Assembly: GCA_023205875.1 (NCBI GenBank)
Contig: CP060756.1
Location: forward strand, 558,001 to 622,000
DNA length: 64,000 nt
Reading direction: 5' to 3'
From: Chloropicon primus
Taxonomy: Eukaryota
Position numbers and translations under genes: made by a program. Of this stretch, positions 33,241 to 44,400 are shown in pieces. Numbering within the stretch: position 1 is the stretch's first letter; every line of letters begins with the position of its first letter. The notes under the pieces are model-generated. The model saw only the letters and a program-made list of their open reading frames with translations, did no database searches and was not told the origin of the DNA.

Positions 33241-33698
33241 CGAGGGTCGAGGGGCAAGAGAGGACGACGAGGCAACGCAACGCGAGAAGTGTTCGTACCT
33301 CTCATCGCGAGGCGTTTTGATCTTTCGTTCGACACCTCACTTTTGGATTTTGGTTCCAATTTGAGACTCTGGTGCCTCTCTCTCTGGCGAACAATCACAA
33401 CTGGAGAGGGCGCTTGCTTTGGGCGAGGGGCGAGGGGCAAGAGAGGACGACGAGGCAACGCAACGCGAGAAGTGTTCGTACCTCTCATCGCGAGACGTTT
33501 TGATCTTTCGTTCGACACCTCACTTTTGGATTTTGGTTCCAATTTGAGACTCTGGTGCCTCTCTCTCTGGCGAACAATCACAACTGGAGAGGGCGCTTGC
33601 TTTGGGCGAGGGGCGAGGGGCAAGAGAGGACGACGAGGCAACGCAACGCGAGAAGTGTTCGTACCTCTCATCGCGAGACGTTTTGATCTTTCGTTTGA
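33241..33698. repeat. 183-bp tandem repeat, ~2.5 copies
   Basis: GAGGGGCAAGAGAGGACGACG recurs at 33249, 33432 and 33615; the copies are nearly identical. Confidence 0.92.
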
Positions 33699-33726
33699 CG
33701 CCTGGATCACTTGTGGAATAGGAAAA

Positions 33727-35159
33727 ATGCTGTCCTGTGCTGCAGATCATCATCATCATCATCATCATCATCACCACCACCACCACCGCCAGCGTCGTCG
33801 TCATCGGAGACTGTTGGTGGGATCGCAGGCAGTGCAGCGACGGGCGGGGTCCTTGATGAGGACGAGGGCCCTGGAACCAGCCGCCTCGACGTCGGGAAAG
33901 CCAGTTGCCGAGAAGAGGTTGAGGGAAGCTCTCTTCGAGGGAAGCACGAGGAGGGACGACAGCATCGGTCCGGAGCTCAAGCGGGTGATCGACGAGTGCG
34001 TGGCGAAGCTGGAGGAGGAGGGGGGCGTGAGGGACCCGACGGCGAGCGACCTGATTAACGGCCGGTGGAAGCTGCTGTTCACCACAAGGCCCGGGACGTC
34101 CTCCCCCATCCAACGGGCATTCACTGGAATCGAGACCTTCTCGATATACCAGGACATCGACCTCGAGGGCCTACAACCCAAGGTGGACAACGTCGTGGTC
34201 TTCGGCGACAGCGTGGGTGTGCTGAAAGTGGAGGCGGAAGCGGTGACGGACAAGAGGCCAAGGGCGGGGTTCGTTCCGAGGAGGGGCCAAGGACTTCCCT
34301 TCCTGGGAAAGAGCGACAGCACCCCTCCAAGCGGACCGAACAAGCGGATCGACTTCCAGTTCTCCAAGGCAGCTTTTGACTTGAAGGCCCTTCCTTTCAA
34401 CATCCCTTACCCGGTTCCTTTCAAGCTGCTCCAGGACGAGTCAAAGGGTTGGCTGGACACGACCTACCTCTCGAACGACCTCAGGCTGTCGCGAGGAAAC
34501 AAAGGAACCTTGTTCATTCTGGAAAGGGAGGGCCAAGGGGGCCAAGGAGACCAAGATCCCGAGCAAGAAACGAACGTGATGTCCCTGATCGATCGTGGAG
34601 CCGAGGCCGACAAGGTGCAAGCGGCCATCGATGCATTTCTCAGCGAGTCGGATGGCCAAGACTCTCTCGAGCTGCTCGAAGGGCAGGTGAGTTTGCTGCT
34701 CGCTCCCCCCCCCCGCAACATTCTGCTTCTGACTTCTCGTCCCTCGCTGACCCGTCGCCCTCCCGGTCTCTTTCGCAGTGGAAGCTGGCTTGGACCTCCC
34801 AGGGCGCTACCGCGAGTGGCATCCAGAAACTCGCGACCTCTTTCGACAACTTCCAGGTCATCGGGAAGGGCCAGGGGAGTGACACCCTTAACGAGCTCGA
34901 AAACGTCGCTCTGTTCTCCAGGGAGCCAGAGGTCGTTCTCAGGGCAAAGGCGTCTTGCTCCAAGGACTCTGTGGATGCCAGAAAGGTCAACGTCACCATT
35001 TCCGGTGCGGACCTCAACTTGCTCGGTCTCCATATTCCTCTCGGATTCATCAACGGTGACGGCTGGCTCGAAGTTCTTTACGTGGACGAGAGCATCAGGA
35101 TATCCAAGGGCAGCAAGGGCTCACTCTTCGTTCACAAACGATCCAACCAAGCCTTGTAA
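33727..35159 (+). CDS. Two-domain PAP/fibrillin (FBN10-like), 2 exons; intron 34687-34778
   Basis: LINGRWKLLFTT, GWLDTTYLS..LRLSRGNKGT, then a second domain LEGQ|WKLAWT...GWLEVLYVDESIRISKGSKGS. Confidence 0.88.
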
Positions 35160-35854
35160 TGCACGGCGGCGGGCCGGAGGTGGTCGCGGGAAGGCCTTTG
35201 GCCGACGAGTACCTCAACGAGGACATCGAGCTCGTGAGGAGCGGATGCTCGAATCTCATGAGGCACATAGGCAACATCAAGAAGTTCGGAATCCCGGTGG
35301 TAGTTGCCCTCAACGCCTTTGCCTCGGACACGCAAGCGGAGCAGGACGTCATCAAAAGCGCATCCATGGAAGCTGGCGCGTTCTCGGTTCAGGTTTCGAA
35401 CCACCACGCCCTCGGGGGTGCCGGCGCCCTGGATCTTGCGGGGGCGGTCCAGCAGGCCTGCTCCTCCCCTGAGAAGGACTTCAAGTTCCTCTACCCCCTG
35501 GACCTGCCAATCAAGTCCAAGATCTGGACCATCGCGAAGGAGATCTACCACGCCAGCGACGTCAAATACTCCGAGGAGGCCGAGAAGAAGATCGAGCTGT
35601 ACACCAAGCAGGGCTTCGACAAGCTCCCGATGTGCATGGCCAAGACCCAGTACTCCTTCAGCGACAACGCGAAGCTCAAGGGGGCTCCCACCGACTTCAC
35701 CATCTCGGTGGACGATGTGAGAGCGAGCGTCGGCGCTGGCTTCCTCTTCCCGATCCTTGGAAAGATGCCAACAATCCCCGGCCTCCCAACGAGGCCTTGC
35801 TTCTTTGACATCGACATCGATACCGAAACGGGCGATATTGTAGGTCTCTCTTAA
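35159..35854 (+). CDS. Formate-tetrahydrofolate ligase (FTHFS), C-terminal 231 aa only; split gene, fragment or recent pseudogene
   Basis: MHGGGP, IPVVVALN.F..DT, GGAGA.DLA, KLPMCMAKTQYSFS, VRASVGAGF, MPTIPGLPTRP. No N-terminal FTHFS sequence was seen anywhere in the window. Confidence 0.85.
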   Translation: MHGGGPEVVAGRPLADEYLNEDIELVRSGCSNLMRHIGNIKKFGIPVVVALNAFASDTQAEQDVIKSASMEAGAFSVQVSNHHALGGAGALDLAGAVQQACSSPEKDFKFLYPLDLPIKSKIWTIAKEIYHASDVKYSEEAEKKIELYTKQGFDKLPMCMAKTQYSFSDNAKLKGAPTDFTISVDDVRASVGAGFLFPILGKMPTIPGLPTRPCFFDIDIDTETGDIVGLS

Positions 35855-36802
35855 TCCTAAATCCTAAACAAACCAAACCAAGCGGCAGCGGCAACGAAAA
35901 ATATGGTGGAGAAATAATTAAAATCCTTGTTGGTTTGTTCTCGTCGCCTCCTCTCCCTCGGGGCTGGGGATCTCCGTTCATCATGTCCTCTTCGTCCCCG
36001 TTGCTCTGGTCCCCAACCGTCGCCTCTGGGGTGCACAGGTGTCCCTGGGGAAATTTTGAAAATGTCATCGCCCCCCTCCCTCCCCCCCTCTCTCCTCTCC
36101 TCTCCTCTCCTCTCTTTTTTTGATGTTGTGGCTGTGGTCGTGGCTGTGGTCGTGGCTGTGGCTGTGGTTGTGGCTGTGGTCGTGGAAATTTTGAAAGTGT
36201 CATCGGAGACCACGACCCTCACCCTCAGTTGTGAACGTCCGTCGTCGCACCAGGCCGGTCGCTTGCCCGAGCGACCGGCCTGCCCGAGCGACCAGCACTT
36301 CCCTTGGCGACGCCGTGTGCCCATCACCATGGTGTGCCCAGCCATGATGAAGCTGCGCTTGATTAGTCGAGACTGAGAGGGGTTGCGTTCTCGTTTTTTG
36401 TTTCCTTGTGTTTCTTTTTTAAGTGAACGCGCCCCCATAGTCGAGGCCACAGCTCGAAGACTCAAAGAGCGTGCGAGCTCGACAGTCCCTGGCATCGGCG
36501 GGGTGATTGGTTGTGGACGATGAAAGGAGCAGCCTTGCGTGCCTACATGTTTCAAGACTCTTGATTCTGAAACAGCCAACCAACCAAGCCTCGCCACCGC
36601 CGGGGTGAGCTCCGACACGCCTGCATGAAAGTGTTTTACACTCGGGGCAGCTCCTTCCTCTTCGGAGTGAGAGTAGTCCGGATGGCCGCTCCACTCAAGG
36701 CGTTTCGATTCGCTGGGGCCGGGCCGCATAGAATACAATCGAAGGTACCTGATGGGAGTAACCCTCCGGGGTAACTTTTGCGTGATGGTATCGTGTAATC
36801 AA

Positions 36803-36920
36803 ATGATGAGAAGCAAACGCAGACGCAGCGCAGGCCTAGCTACGGCGAAGCCCTGCGGGTGCGTCATGAGTGTGATCGCTCTCACCAGCGATCACACAAG
36901 GATTCATTTGCTAAATCTGA
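36803..36920 (+). ncRNA. Candidate box C/D-type structured RNA
   Basis: ATGATGA (36803) and CTGA (36917) enclose an AGCAAA/TTTGCT stem and two hairpins, including an 11-bp perfect stem at 36870-36897. No clear rRNA guide. Confidence 0.25.
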
Positions 36921-36955
36921 TGTAATATGTGAGATCCAAATACCTTATCCATAAG

Positions 36956-37896
36956 ATGGTGGGTGGAGGAGGAGGGTATCGTCGTTCCCGGGAGGGTTGT
37001 TGGACGTTCAGGGGGTCCGCGCACTATCAGTTCCACCTCGTCAAGTCCTCTGTCGCTCGCCAATACGTCCCTCCGGTAAGTTCCCAACAAGCAAACCTTC
37101 CTGTCGCACTCACCATGGACTGAACTGAACTGACTCCCCCCCACACACACACACACGCACGCACACGCACGCACTCTCTCACTCTGTGTACGGACGCTTG
37201 GATGATGGGATGGGATGGGACGCGCTTGCCGTCGTCGTGCAGGAGATGCCTCTGGTGGAGTTGAACGGGTACACACTGGGAGGCTTCTACTACGCGAACT
37301 ACGAGGATAGCCCTGCCGGTCCGATGGATGAGCTCGTGGTGCTGTCCGGACTCGTTTGGAATGCCCCGACGTCCTGTGCTTGGGCCTCCCACGTCTTCGT
37401 CGATAAGAGGAGCGCAGTGTCACACGGCAAGCGTGTGTTTGGCCTGCCCTCTCGCCTCTCGACGTTCGGGAAGGGCAGGGAGGGGAAGACGGAGTCCGTG
37501 ACCCTAAGGGCCGCTGGGTCTCCTGTCCTGGAACTCAAGCGGGGGAGGCGGGAAGGAGGAGGAGGCTCCGGCGGGCCCAAGATCAATTTCCATCTCCCGA
37601 GCTTCAGCGGAAGGACCCGGCACAAGCCCGAGCTCCTCAAGTACGACTTGGATCTGTCTGCGACGATCCAGCCCTGCAAGGGGTACGGGGTCACCAAGCC
37701 AGCAACGGGTCTGGGAGGCTCGAAGCGAGGCCGCCGTCTCGCCGAGCACTTGGGGTCCATCCTGAGCGGCAGGAGGCTCGCTTCCTTCGCTTTCAAGGAC
37801 ATGGTCATGCGAGTCAAGCACCCAGAGGTCGTGGAGAGGGGGGAAACCGGCGGGGGGAAAGGGAAGCGGAGGCTCGGCTTGGGCGCGGCCACGTAG
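36956..37896 (+). CDS. NXD1: NEOXANTHIN-DEFICIENT 1-like protein, 2 exons; intron 37076-37242
   Basis: W.FRGSA.YQFHLVK, GYTLGGFY...YEDSPAG..DELVV..GLVWNAPTSCAWA. Confidence 0.85.
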
Positions 37897-37950
37897 TGCG
37901 AATGGAAACAATAATGTGTGCGTGTGTGTGTAAATAAATAGTAATCAATC

Positions 37951-38007
37951 ACAACCTCAGATGGTCAACCACAACCTCAGATGGTCAACCACAACCTCAG
38001 ATGGTCA
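37951..38007. repeat. 20-bp tandem repeat x~3 (ACAACCTCAGATGGTCAACC)
   Basis: Directly visible; the last copy overlaps the stop codon of the cardiolipin synthase gene. Confidence 0.9.
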
Positions 38008-39088
38008 TCTTAGCATCTGCCCCTTGAAATACATTCTCACGTAAATTGCGCCGGAGGTGATCGTTGTCGCTGCCGTGAGGTAACCCAAGCCCTGAACGAG
38101 TTGCGCGTCCGGCCAGGACAGTCCCCCGTTCGATATTGCGCCCACAACCAACGCTATTTGGAACACCGTGTTGAGCTTGCTGATGAATATCGGCTTCACG
38201 TTGGGGGCAGCAGGTGCCTCGCCATCGTTCTTGGCCTGCACAACTCGAAAGTACTCCCGCCAGGTCTTCCACCGCCAATTGAGAACGTGCGCCCTGTGAA
38301 GAAAAGCGCCTGGGGTACAGGAGAAATAACAGCTCGTTGGGTCAGGATAACACACACGCTGCTGGACTCGAGGACCGCGCGGCGGCCGACTTACCCCCTA
38401 GAAGAACCACGTCCCTCCCTATAATAATCGAGCAAACCGTCGGATCGATGAGACCCTTGTATCCTGTTGCCACCGTCAGGCAAGTCACCAGCACTTTGTC
38501 CGCCAGTGGATCCAAATACGACCCAAGAGAACTCTCCTGAGACTTCTTTTTCGCGAGATACCCATCCAGCCAGTCGCTGAACCCCGCCAGGAGTGTTCCT
38601 CCTATCGCAAGCTGCCACGCGTCGTTCACAATGCACATCCCCAGTGCCGGGGCGGAGACCGCACGAGCAAGAGATATCAAATTCGGCAAAGTCACCGCCT
38701 CCTCGTAGGCCCACCCTGCACTGCTTTCCGTCCGCTTCGTCTCGCAATGCCCTCCCACATCCTGGATTCCCGTGACATTCCTCCCTCGGACACGAACCCC
38801 TTCCCTCGCTCGACCCCTCCCCTCCTTGCCTTCCTCCTCCTCCCTTCCACGCGACGATGATGATGCTGTTGATGCTGTTGATGATGATGAACTCGTGTGC
38901 AGCAGCAGCCTCGAGGGTGTGCACCACTTGGCCCAGTCGTTCGGTCGTATCGATGGCGAGACCAAGGAGGGAGCGTCGAGACTCCGGTGCCGCAGTACTG
39001 CATGAGCGAGGAGGCTACTCGCCTTGTCCGCTGCCTTGCTCGCGCGCAGGGACCTCAACACCTGACTCAACACCACCGCCATCGCCAT
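38005..39088 (-). CDS. Cardiolipin synthase (CDP-alcohol phosphatidyltransferase), 2 exons; intron 38310-38394
   Basis: TLPNLISLAR, SDWLDGYLAK...GSYLDPLADK, IIGRD, ISKLNTVFQ. Mitochondrial-type presequence. Confidence 0.88.
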
Positions 39089-39271
39089 CGCCCAACGAAA
39101 ACTGGAAAACAGAGAGGAGCCAATCGCGATCGGCAAGCGGCGCCAGATCAGCAGAGCGACGAGGATCTGCGATCGCGATCGGTGGGAGCGTCGGGTCGAT
39201 CGGAGGGAGGGGAGTGCGACAGGCGGAAGCATCGTGTTGTCCTCTTTCGAAAGAATCGCTCCTTGAAGGGG

Positions 39272-40156
39272 ATGGCGGTCTGGAGGCCTTTACCTCGCTG
39301 GCGAGGGATGAGGTGTGCTGGGAGGGTGAGGTGTGGAGGTACCCCTCGGCCTGGGTTGCTCCTCGTCAGTGACCTCGATGGCACGATGGTGGGGACGGGT
39401 GCAGAAGCCGATGAGCGGTCGAGGGAGTTTCGGTCGTATTGGAGGGAGGTGCATCGCCAGGAAGGGCAGGGATCCTGCTTGGTGTACTCCACGGGGAGAA
39501 CCATCAGTCAGTACGAGGAGCTCCGGAGGGAGAAGGGGGGTGAAGTCTTGGCGGACCCCGAACTCCTCGTCTGCGCGGTGGGGACTCGGATCTACGAGCG
39601 GGGGCGGGGGACTTGGACGGAGAGAGAGGATTGGACGAGCAAGCTCGACCAAGACTGGTCTGCCTCGAAGGTGAGGCGCGTTGCGGACGACTGCATCGCA
39701 AAATTTGGACAGGACAACGTTCACTTGCGCCCCCCGCACGAGCTGAACGAGCACAAAATCACCCTCGGCATCAGGGAGCACCTCGTGAGAAGCGCGAGCG
39801 ACTGGATGTCCAGCTCTTTCAGGGAGCTCCAAGTCAAGGCAAAGCTAGTGTCGAGCGGGAGCGGGGAGTGGCGGTACCTTGACATTCTGTCCCGGGGAAG
39901 TGGAAAGAAAGAAGCCTTGGAGTTCATCCGGCGCGCTCTGAAATTCTCCCACGACAACACGGTGGCTTGCGGGGACAGTGGCAACGACCTTGACATGATT
40001 CAGGGCGACAGCTTGGCCGTGATTGTGGGAAACGCGCAGCCGGACCTGTTGGATTGGTACGAGAAGAACGGCCGGAACAACGAACGCGTGTACTACGCAA
40101 AGGAGAGCACAGCAGGGGGCATTCTGGAAGGCTTGCAGCACTTTGGCCTCTTCTAG
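39272..40156 (+). CDS. Sucrose-phosphate phosphatase-like HAD-IIB hydrolase
   Basis: LVSDLDGTMV, LVYSTGR, LDIL..GSGK..AL, ACGDSGND, VGNAQPDL. Confidence 0.87.
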   Translation: MAVWRPLPRWRGMRCAGRVRCGGTPRPGLLLVSDLDGTMVGTGAEADERSREFRSYWREVHRQEGQGSCLVYSTGRTISQYEELRREKGGEVLADPELLVCAVGTRIYERGRGTWTEREDWTSKLDQDWSASKVRRVADDCIAKFGQDNVHLRPPHELNEHKITLGIREHLVRSASDWMSSSFRELQVKAKLVSSGSGEWRYLDILSRGSGKKEALEFIRRALKFSHDNTVACGDSGNDLDMIQGDSLAVIVGNAQPDLLDWYEKNGRNNERVYYAKESTAGGILEGLQHFGLF

Positions 40157-40221
40157 ACCTAAAATGCTTGGATTACCTTGAATCTCTTGTTAATGTAGCT
40201 GCGCGTTGTTTGGCAAGACCC

Positions 40222-40809
40222 TCATATGTTTCCTTCCAACGTTCGCAAGACCTGGACGCAAGCGTAGATCAGCGTGAGAACGATGCCCAACTGCAGCGCG
40301 TCGTCGAACGTGGTGTCCTGCTGCTGTATGTACTTTTTCGGATCCATTGGGTCCACGAAGTACTGGTCGGACTCCATGTCGTCCCTCGAAAGAATCTGGT
40401 CGATAAAATCCCTGCTTTTCTCTACCAGGTCTATTCCGTTCTCCTGCAGACTCCACTTGAGCCTGCTCGCCGCAAAGGCCAGAGAGGCAGGCCCCAGCGA
40501 CTCCAGTTCCCACTCTTCCCTGTGGTCTTCGACCTTCCCTGTGATGACGTTCATCATGAATGTGGACCTGCAACTCAAGTCCACCGTGCCCAGGCTGCTA
40601 TCCCCAGATAGTGTCCACTCGATCCTCGCGGTGTCCAGCTCCACCATGGACATCTTCTTCACATCCACCCGACACTTCTCAAAGTGGTCGCGAAAGAAAG
40701 TCATTCTGTCGTACTTGTCGTTCCCCTCAAACTTCCTCAGCCCCTTGTCCGAGTACCTCACTATAACGCACACACGCACACACGCACAGAGTGTCAGTCA
40801 TCATCAAGG

Positions 40810-40852
<43 letters not shown>

Positions 40853-41134
40853 GGAGAAGACGAGAGAGAGGACGTCCTACGCACCCTTTTGAGCGAACTG
40901 GCGCTTGGACTGGAGAGCCAGCTGGGAGGCTAGCTGCCTGACACTCTGCTCCACTGCAGGACTACTGTTGCAGACAAAATCGTCGCAAAAAGAGGTCGAA
41001 AGGTTCTCGATGGATGAGGTCTCCCCCCCATGGCAACGAGTGTCGCGTTGGAGTTGCGACGGCCTTGGCGCTCTCCGCCGCAGACCCGCCCTCGGGCTGC
41101 AGCGGTGTCCAGCGTTCGAAGTAGCAGAGACCAT
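40222..41134 (-). CDS. Plastid-targeted NTF2-like/DUF2358-like protein with C-terminal TM helix, 2 exons; intron 40761-40884
   Basis: In-frame splice QK|VRYSD; IEWTL, ITGKVEDHREEW, C-terminal hydrophobic helix. Confidence 0.65.
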
Positions 41135-41441
41135 AGCCCTCGTCGCCCTCGCTGCTCCGAGCAACTTGCTTTTGCGCAACGCGCCCGATCTCTCTCTCTT
41201 CCTTCGTGGCCTCTGCGTCGCCACGACGAATCAGATTTGCTGCTGCTCCTCTCCCAGATTACACTCATTATTACACTTTTTCATCCTCGTGAACGAGGAT
41301 CGAGGATCGAGGTGGACTTCATTAAGGGGAGGAGAGTCATTCTCGACAGGGGGAGCAGGGGGGAGGAGACATTCTAAAAAAAAAGAGACAGGAAACCGAG
41401 TTGTTAAAGGATTACTTTCTCTCTCTCTCTTTCTCTGTTTC

Positions 41442-44400
41442 TTATTTGTTCGCCTTCATCATCTTATGGTAATGCATCCTTCGCCTCTTCTCCGCCTGGG
41501 CCTGGGCGTACCTCCTGTACTGCTTCAGATCTCTGCAACGAGGGACGGGGCAGTTTGGAGTGGTGCAAGACTTTGCGTGGAGCTGCAACAAGGCCCACAT
41601 GCGGCGGCAGTACTGGCAGCCTCCGGTGGCCTTGGTCTGGCAAGTCAGGGAGTGCTGGAACAGCATCTTCACCTTGAAGCAAGATGGGTGAGGACAGTTC
41701 TTGTCCTGGCAAGAGCTGGCGTGCACGAGCAGCTGCATGGTCTTGCGGAGCTGCTCCTGCCGGGCCCTCCTCTCCTCTTCGCTGATCCTTGACAACCGAG
41801 CGTCCACCTGCCCGGACTGCTTCTTGAGCTCGTGGGGATGGTGGAAGCCAGGCTTGTTCTTGCACAGGGCGCAGACATCGTAGTCCGTGCAAACGCTGCA
41901 CCGGAACCCTTGGCCAGGCTCAATCTCCCTGCTGCAAATGTTGCAAGTGGAGGTAAACGCAGGGGCGGTTGGGTTGTGCAGGTGGTACAGCACCATCATC
42001 GACGAGTGCTTCGCCCTCCGGAAGGTGTCAAACTGGTAGTGGTTGCCCTGGCAAAGGGACAGGAACGACTGCCTCGTCTCGAAGATCTCGCATTCCATCG
42101 AAGGGTCAGGATCGCTGGTGTCCTTCACTTCCGGGCCGATCGTTTCCTTGAACTCGTGCACAGCAAGAGACCCTGTCGGGTGTCTGGACCTCTCGTCAAG
42201 TCCACAGTCGTCCTTGTAACACCTCTCGCAGAGCTCAAAGTTAGGACACGTTTTGCAGGTGAACCTCTTCTCTGGGGCCAGGATGTATTTCCTGCAATAG
42301 CTGCACGACGGTTGAAGATGCACCATGATGAAATCTTCCTTCATGTTCTTGATCTGGTCCCCAAGCCTGCTCATGACTTGGGTGTCAACAGACTCCGACA
42401 TCGCAGTGCGCTTGCTCTTGCCCCTTGAAGAAGAACCTTTGAACGTCTTTTTCGACTTCTTTCCCGAGGCCTTCTTCTCTTCCTCCCTCTCTTGGTAAAT
42501 CTTACTCAGGTACTCGTCAAGAGCTCCTGGAATGTAATCGCCCTCGAAGTAAGGAAGCTCCAGTGCCCTGCAAGGATCTACCCTATGGTCCTTGCCACCC
42601 TCAAAGAACAGGTCCCAGAGATTCGACGTCTTCTCCACAATCTTGTGGTCCTTCGCTTTTCTCAGCATTTTCAAGTACCACTCCCTCAGCCGGTCGCTCT
42701 TGGGAGTCTTCTGGCGTTGAGGGTGAACGTAGAAGATGTAGTCATCTCCCGCCAGCGGCGGGCAGGCCCAAATGTACATGCTGGTGAACCCTCTGTCCTT
42801 GAGGTACTGGAGGTAACCCATGATAAGTTCCTGGTACACCACAGTGCGCAAGCTGTCTCCCCTGCCGTTCTTGTCGCCACCATATGCTGTGATGCCTTCC
42901 GGCTTGAAATACCTGACACTGTCCAAGTAACTCAGGTAAGTCCGCCTGGTGTTTGGGGCACCGCAGTCCTTGTCATACTCTTGGACGTACATGCAAAACA
43001 AGCAAAGATCGACGCCATCGACTTTCTGGAACAGCAGCAAGATTTTTGACTTGTACTTCATCTCACCAGCAATTTTGTCCTTCTCAAAATGCTTGTAGAA
43101 GTTGGGCAGCACAGAAAAGACCTTGTCGTTGGAATTGACAATCCTCACAGTCAAACCATCAGCTGTTGGCACCTCGGATGGTTTCTTCCCAAGGGCCGTA
43201 GCCCTCACCTGTCTCTCATTAGTCAAGCACTTGGTCAGCCTTTGTTCCAAGAAATCCGATAGCTTTGTCTTCGCCAAATCCTTTGCCTCAAGCATCGCTT
43301 GGGGGCGGCTAGACAGCTGCTTGATGGTTCCCTTCTCCATCTTCTTGACCAGACAGTGCGGGCAAGCATACTGGCCTGAACCTCCCTCGTCTCGCACCTT
43401 GTTGAACAAGGCACAGACTTGGTGCACCCAGGCATCGCAGTAATCGCACTGAACCCAAGGCTCAAGCAGCCTCTCTTCGTTCTTCTTCTTCTTCAGCTTC
43501 GACTTGGGAATATTCTTGCCCTCCACCACCAAGCTCTCCTTGATGTGATCTTTGTAGCACGTGGAGCACACGGAATGCTTGTTGATGTCGATCATCGAGA
43601 ACCAATAAATCTGGCCCTTCTTTATCCTGTTGTTGCAATTCAAGCAATACAGAGGAGGGGGCTCAAACAAAAGGTTTTGGGCTCCACATGCAGTGCAGCA
43701 CTCGGTCTTGTCGACAGTCTTTGCGGCAGCCTTTGCGCCATCTGCAGCTGCAACTTTGCCAGTGACTTGCGGGGTGTTCGTCTCCACCTTCAGGCTCTTC
43801 AAATGGTCTTTGATCTGCTGGGGGCTGAAACATTCCAAGAGCGACGTGCCCTGAGAGCTCTTGTTCTTTTCGTCTTTGCCCTTCTTCTTCTGGTACTCTG
43901 CCTTGATCTTCTGCTCTGTCTTGACCCTCTTGTTCGAGGGAGCACCATCAAACATGTTTTCTCTCTTTGGCGGCACCGCGGGCGGCATCATGACGACTGG
44001 CTTTGAGTTGCTGTGGTAGGGGGCCATCATTCCCGCGGCCGGGGGCATTGACTGAAGCTTTTGGCTTCCGCTACTTGTTCCTGCTGCTGACTTGTGACAC
44101 AGTCTGTACTGCTCAGCAGCAAGCTGTCTGTTCCTTTGGTTCTCAATGTGTTCCCTCACAGGTCCGCAGACCGGACAGCGCGGATCCACGCATTTCTGAT
44201 GATGCTTCAGCAGTTCCCTTGATGCCACACAGCGAGGATACTGGCACTGAGGATCAGTGCACGTCCAAATATGCTTCCACAGTTTTCTAGCTACCACGCA
44301 GTGCTCGCCCGCACTGCATTTACCCTCTGGCTCAGTGCACTTGTGAGCATGCCTAAGAAAGAGGAGCCATCTGATCTGTTTCATGATGTACATGCGGTGT

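Noticed and set aside
35857..36738. 293-aa minus-strand ORF as a gene or transposase
   Set aside because: It crosses simple repeats and an A-rich tract, lacks the codon bias of neighbouring genes and has no recognisable motif.
36419..36780. RNase MRP/P or SRP RNA (AAAAGTTACCCC ... TATGGGGGCG on minus; GGAGCAGCC on plus)
   Set aside because: The putative P4 strands pair poorly and the SRP helix-8 consensus is not met.
24857..41134. Apparent cluster of plastid-function genes (DHAR, PAM68, Toc75, fibrillin, NXD1)
   Set aside because: They share no pathway, are interspersed with unrelated genes, and plastid-targeted genes are common in algal genomes.
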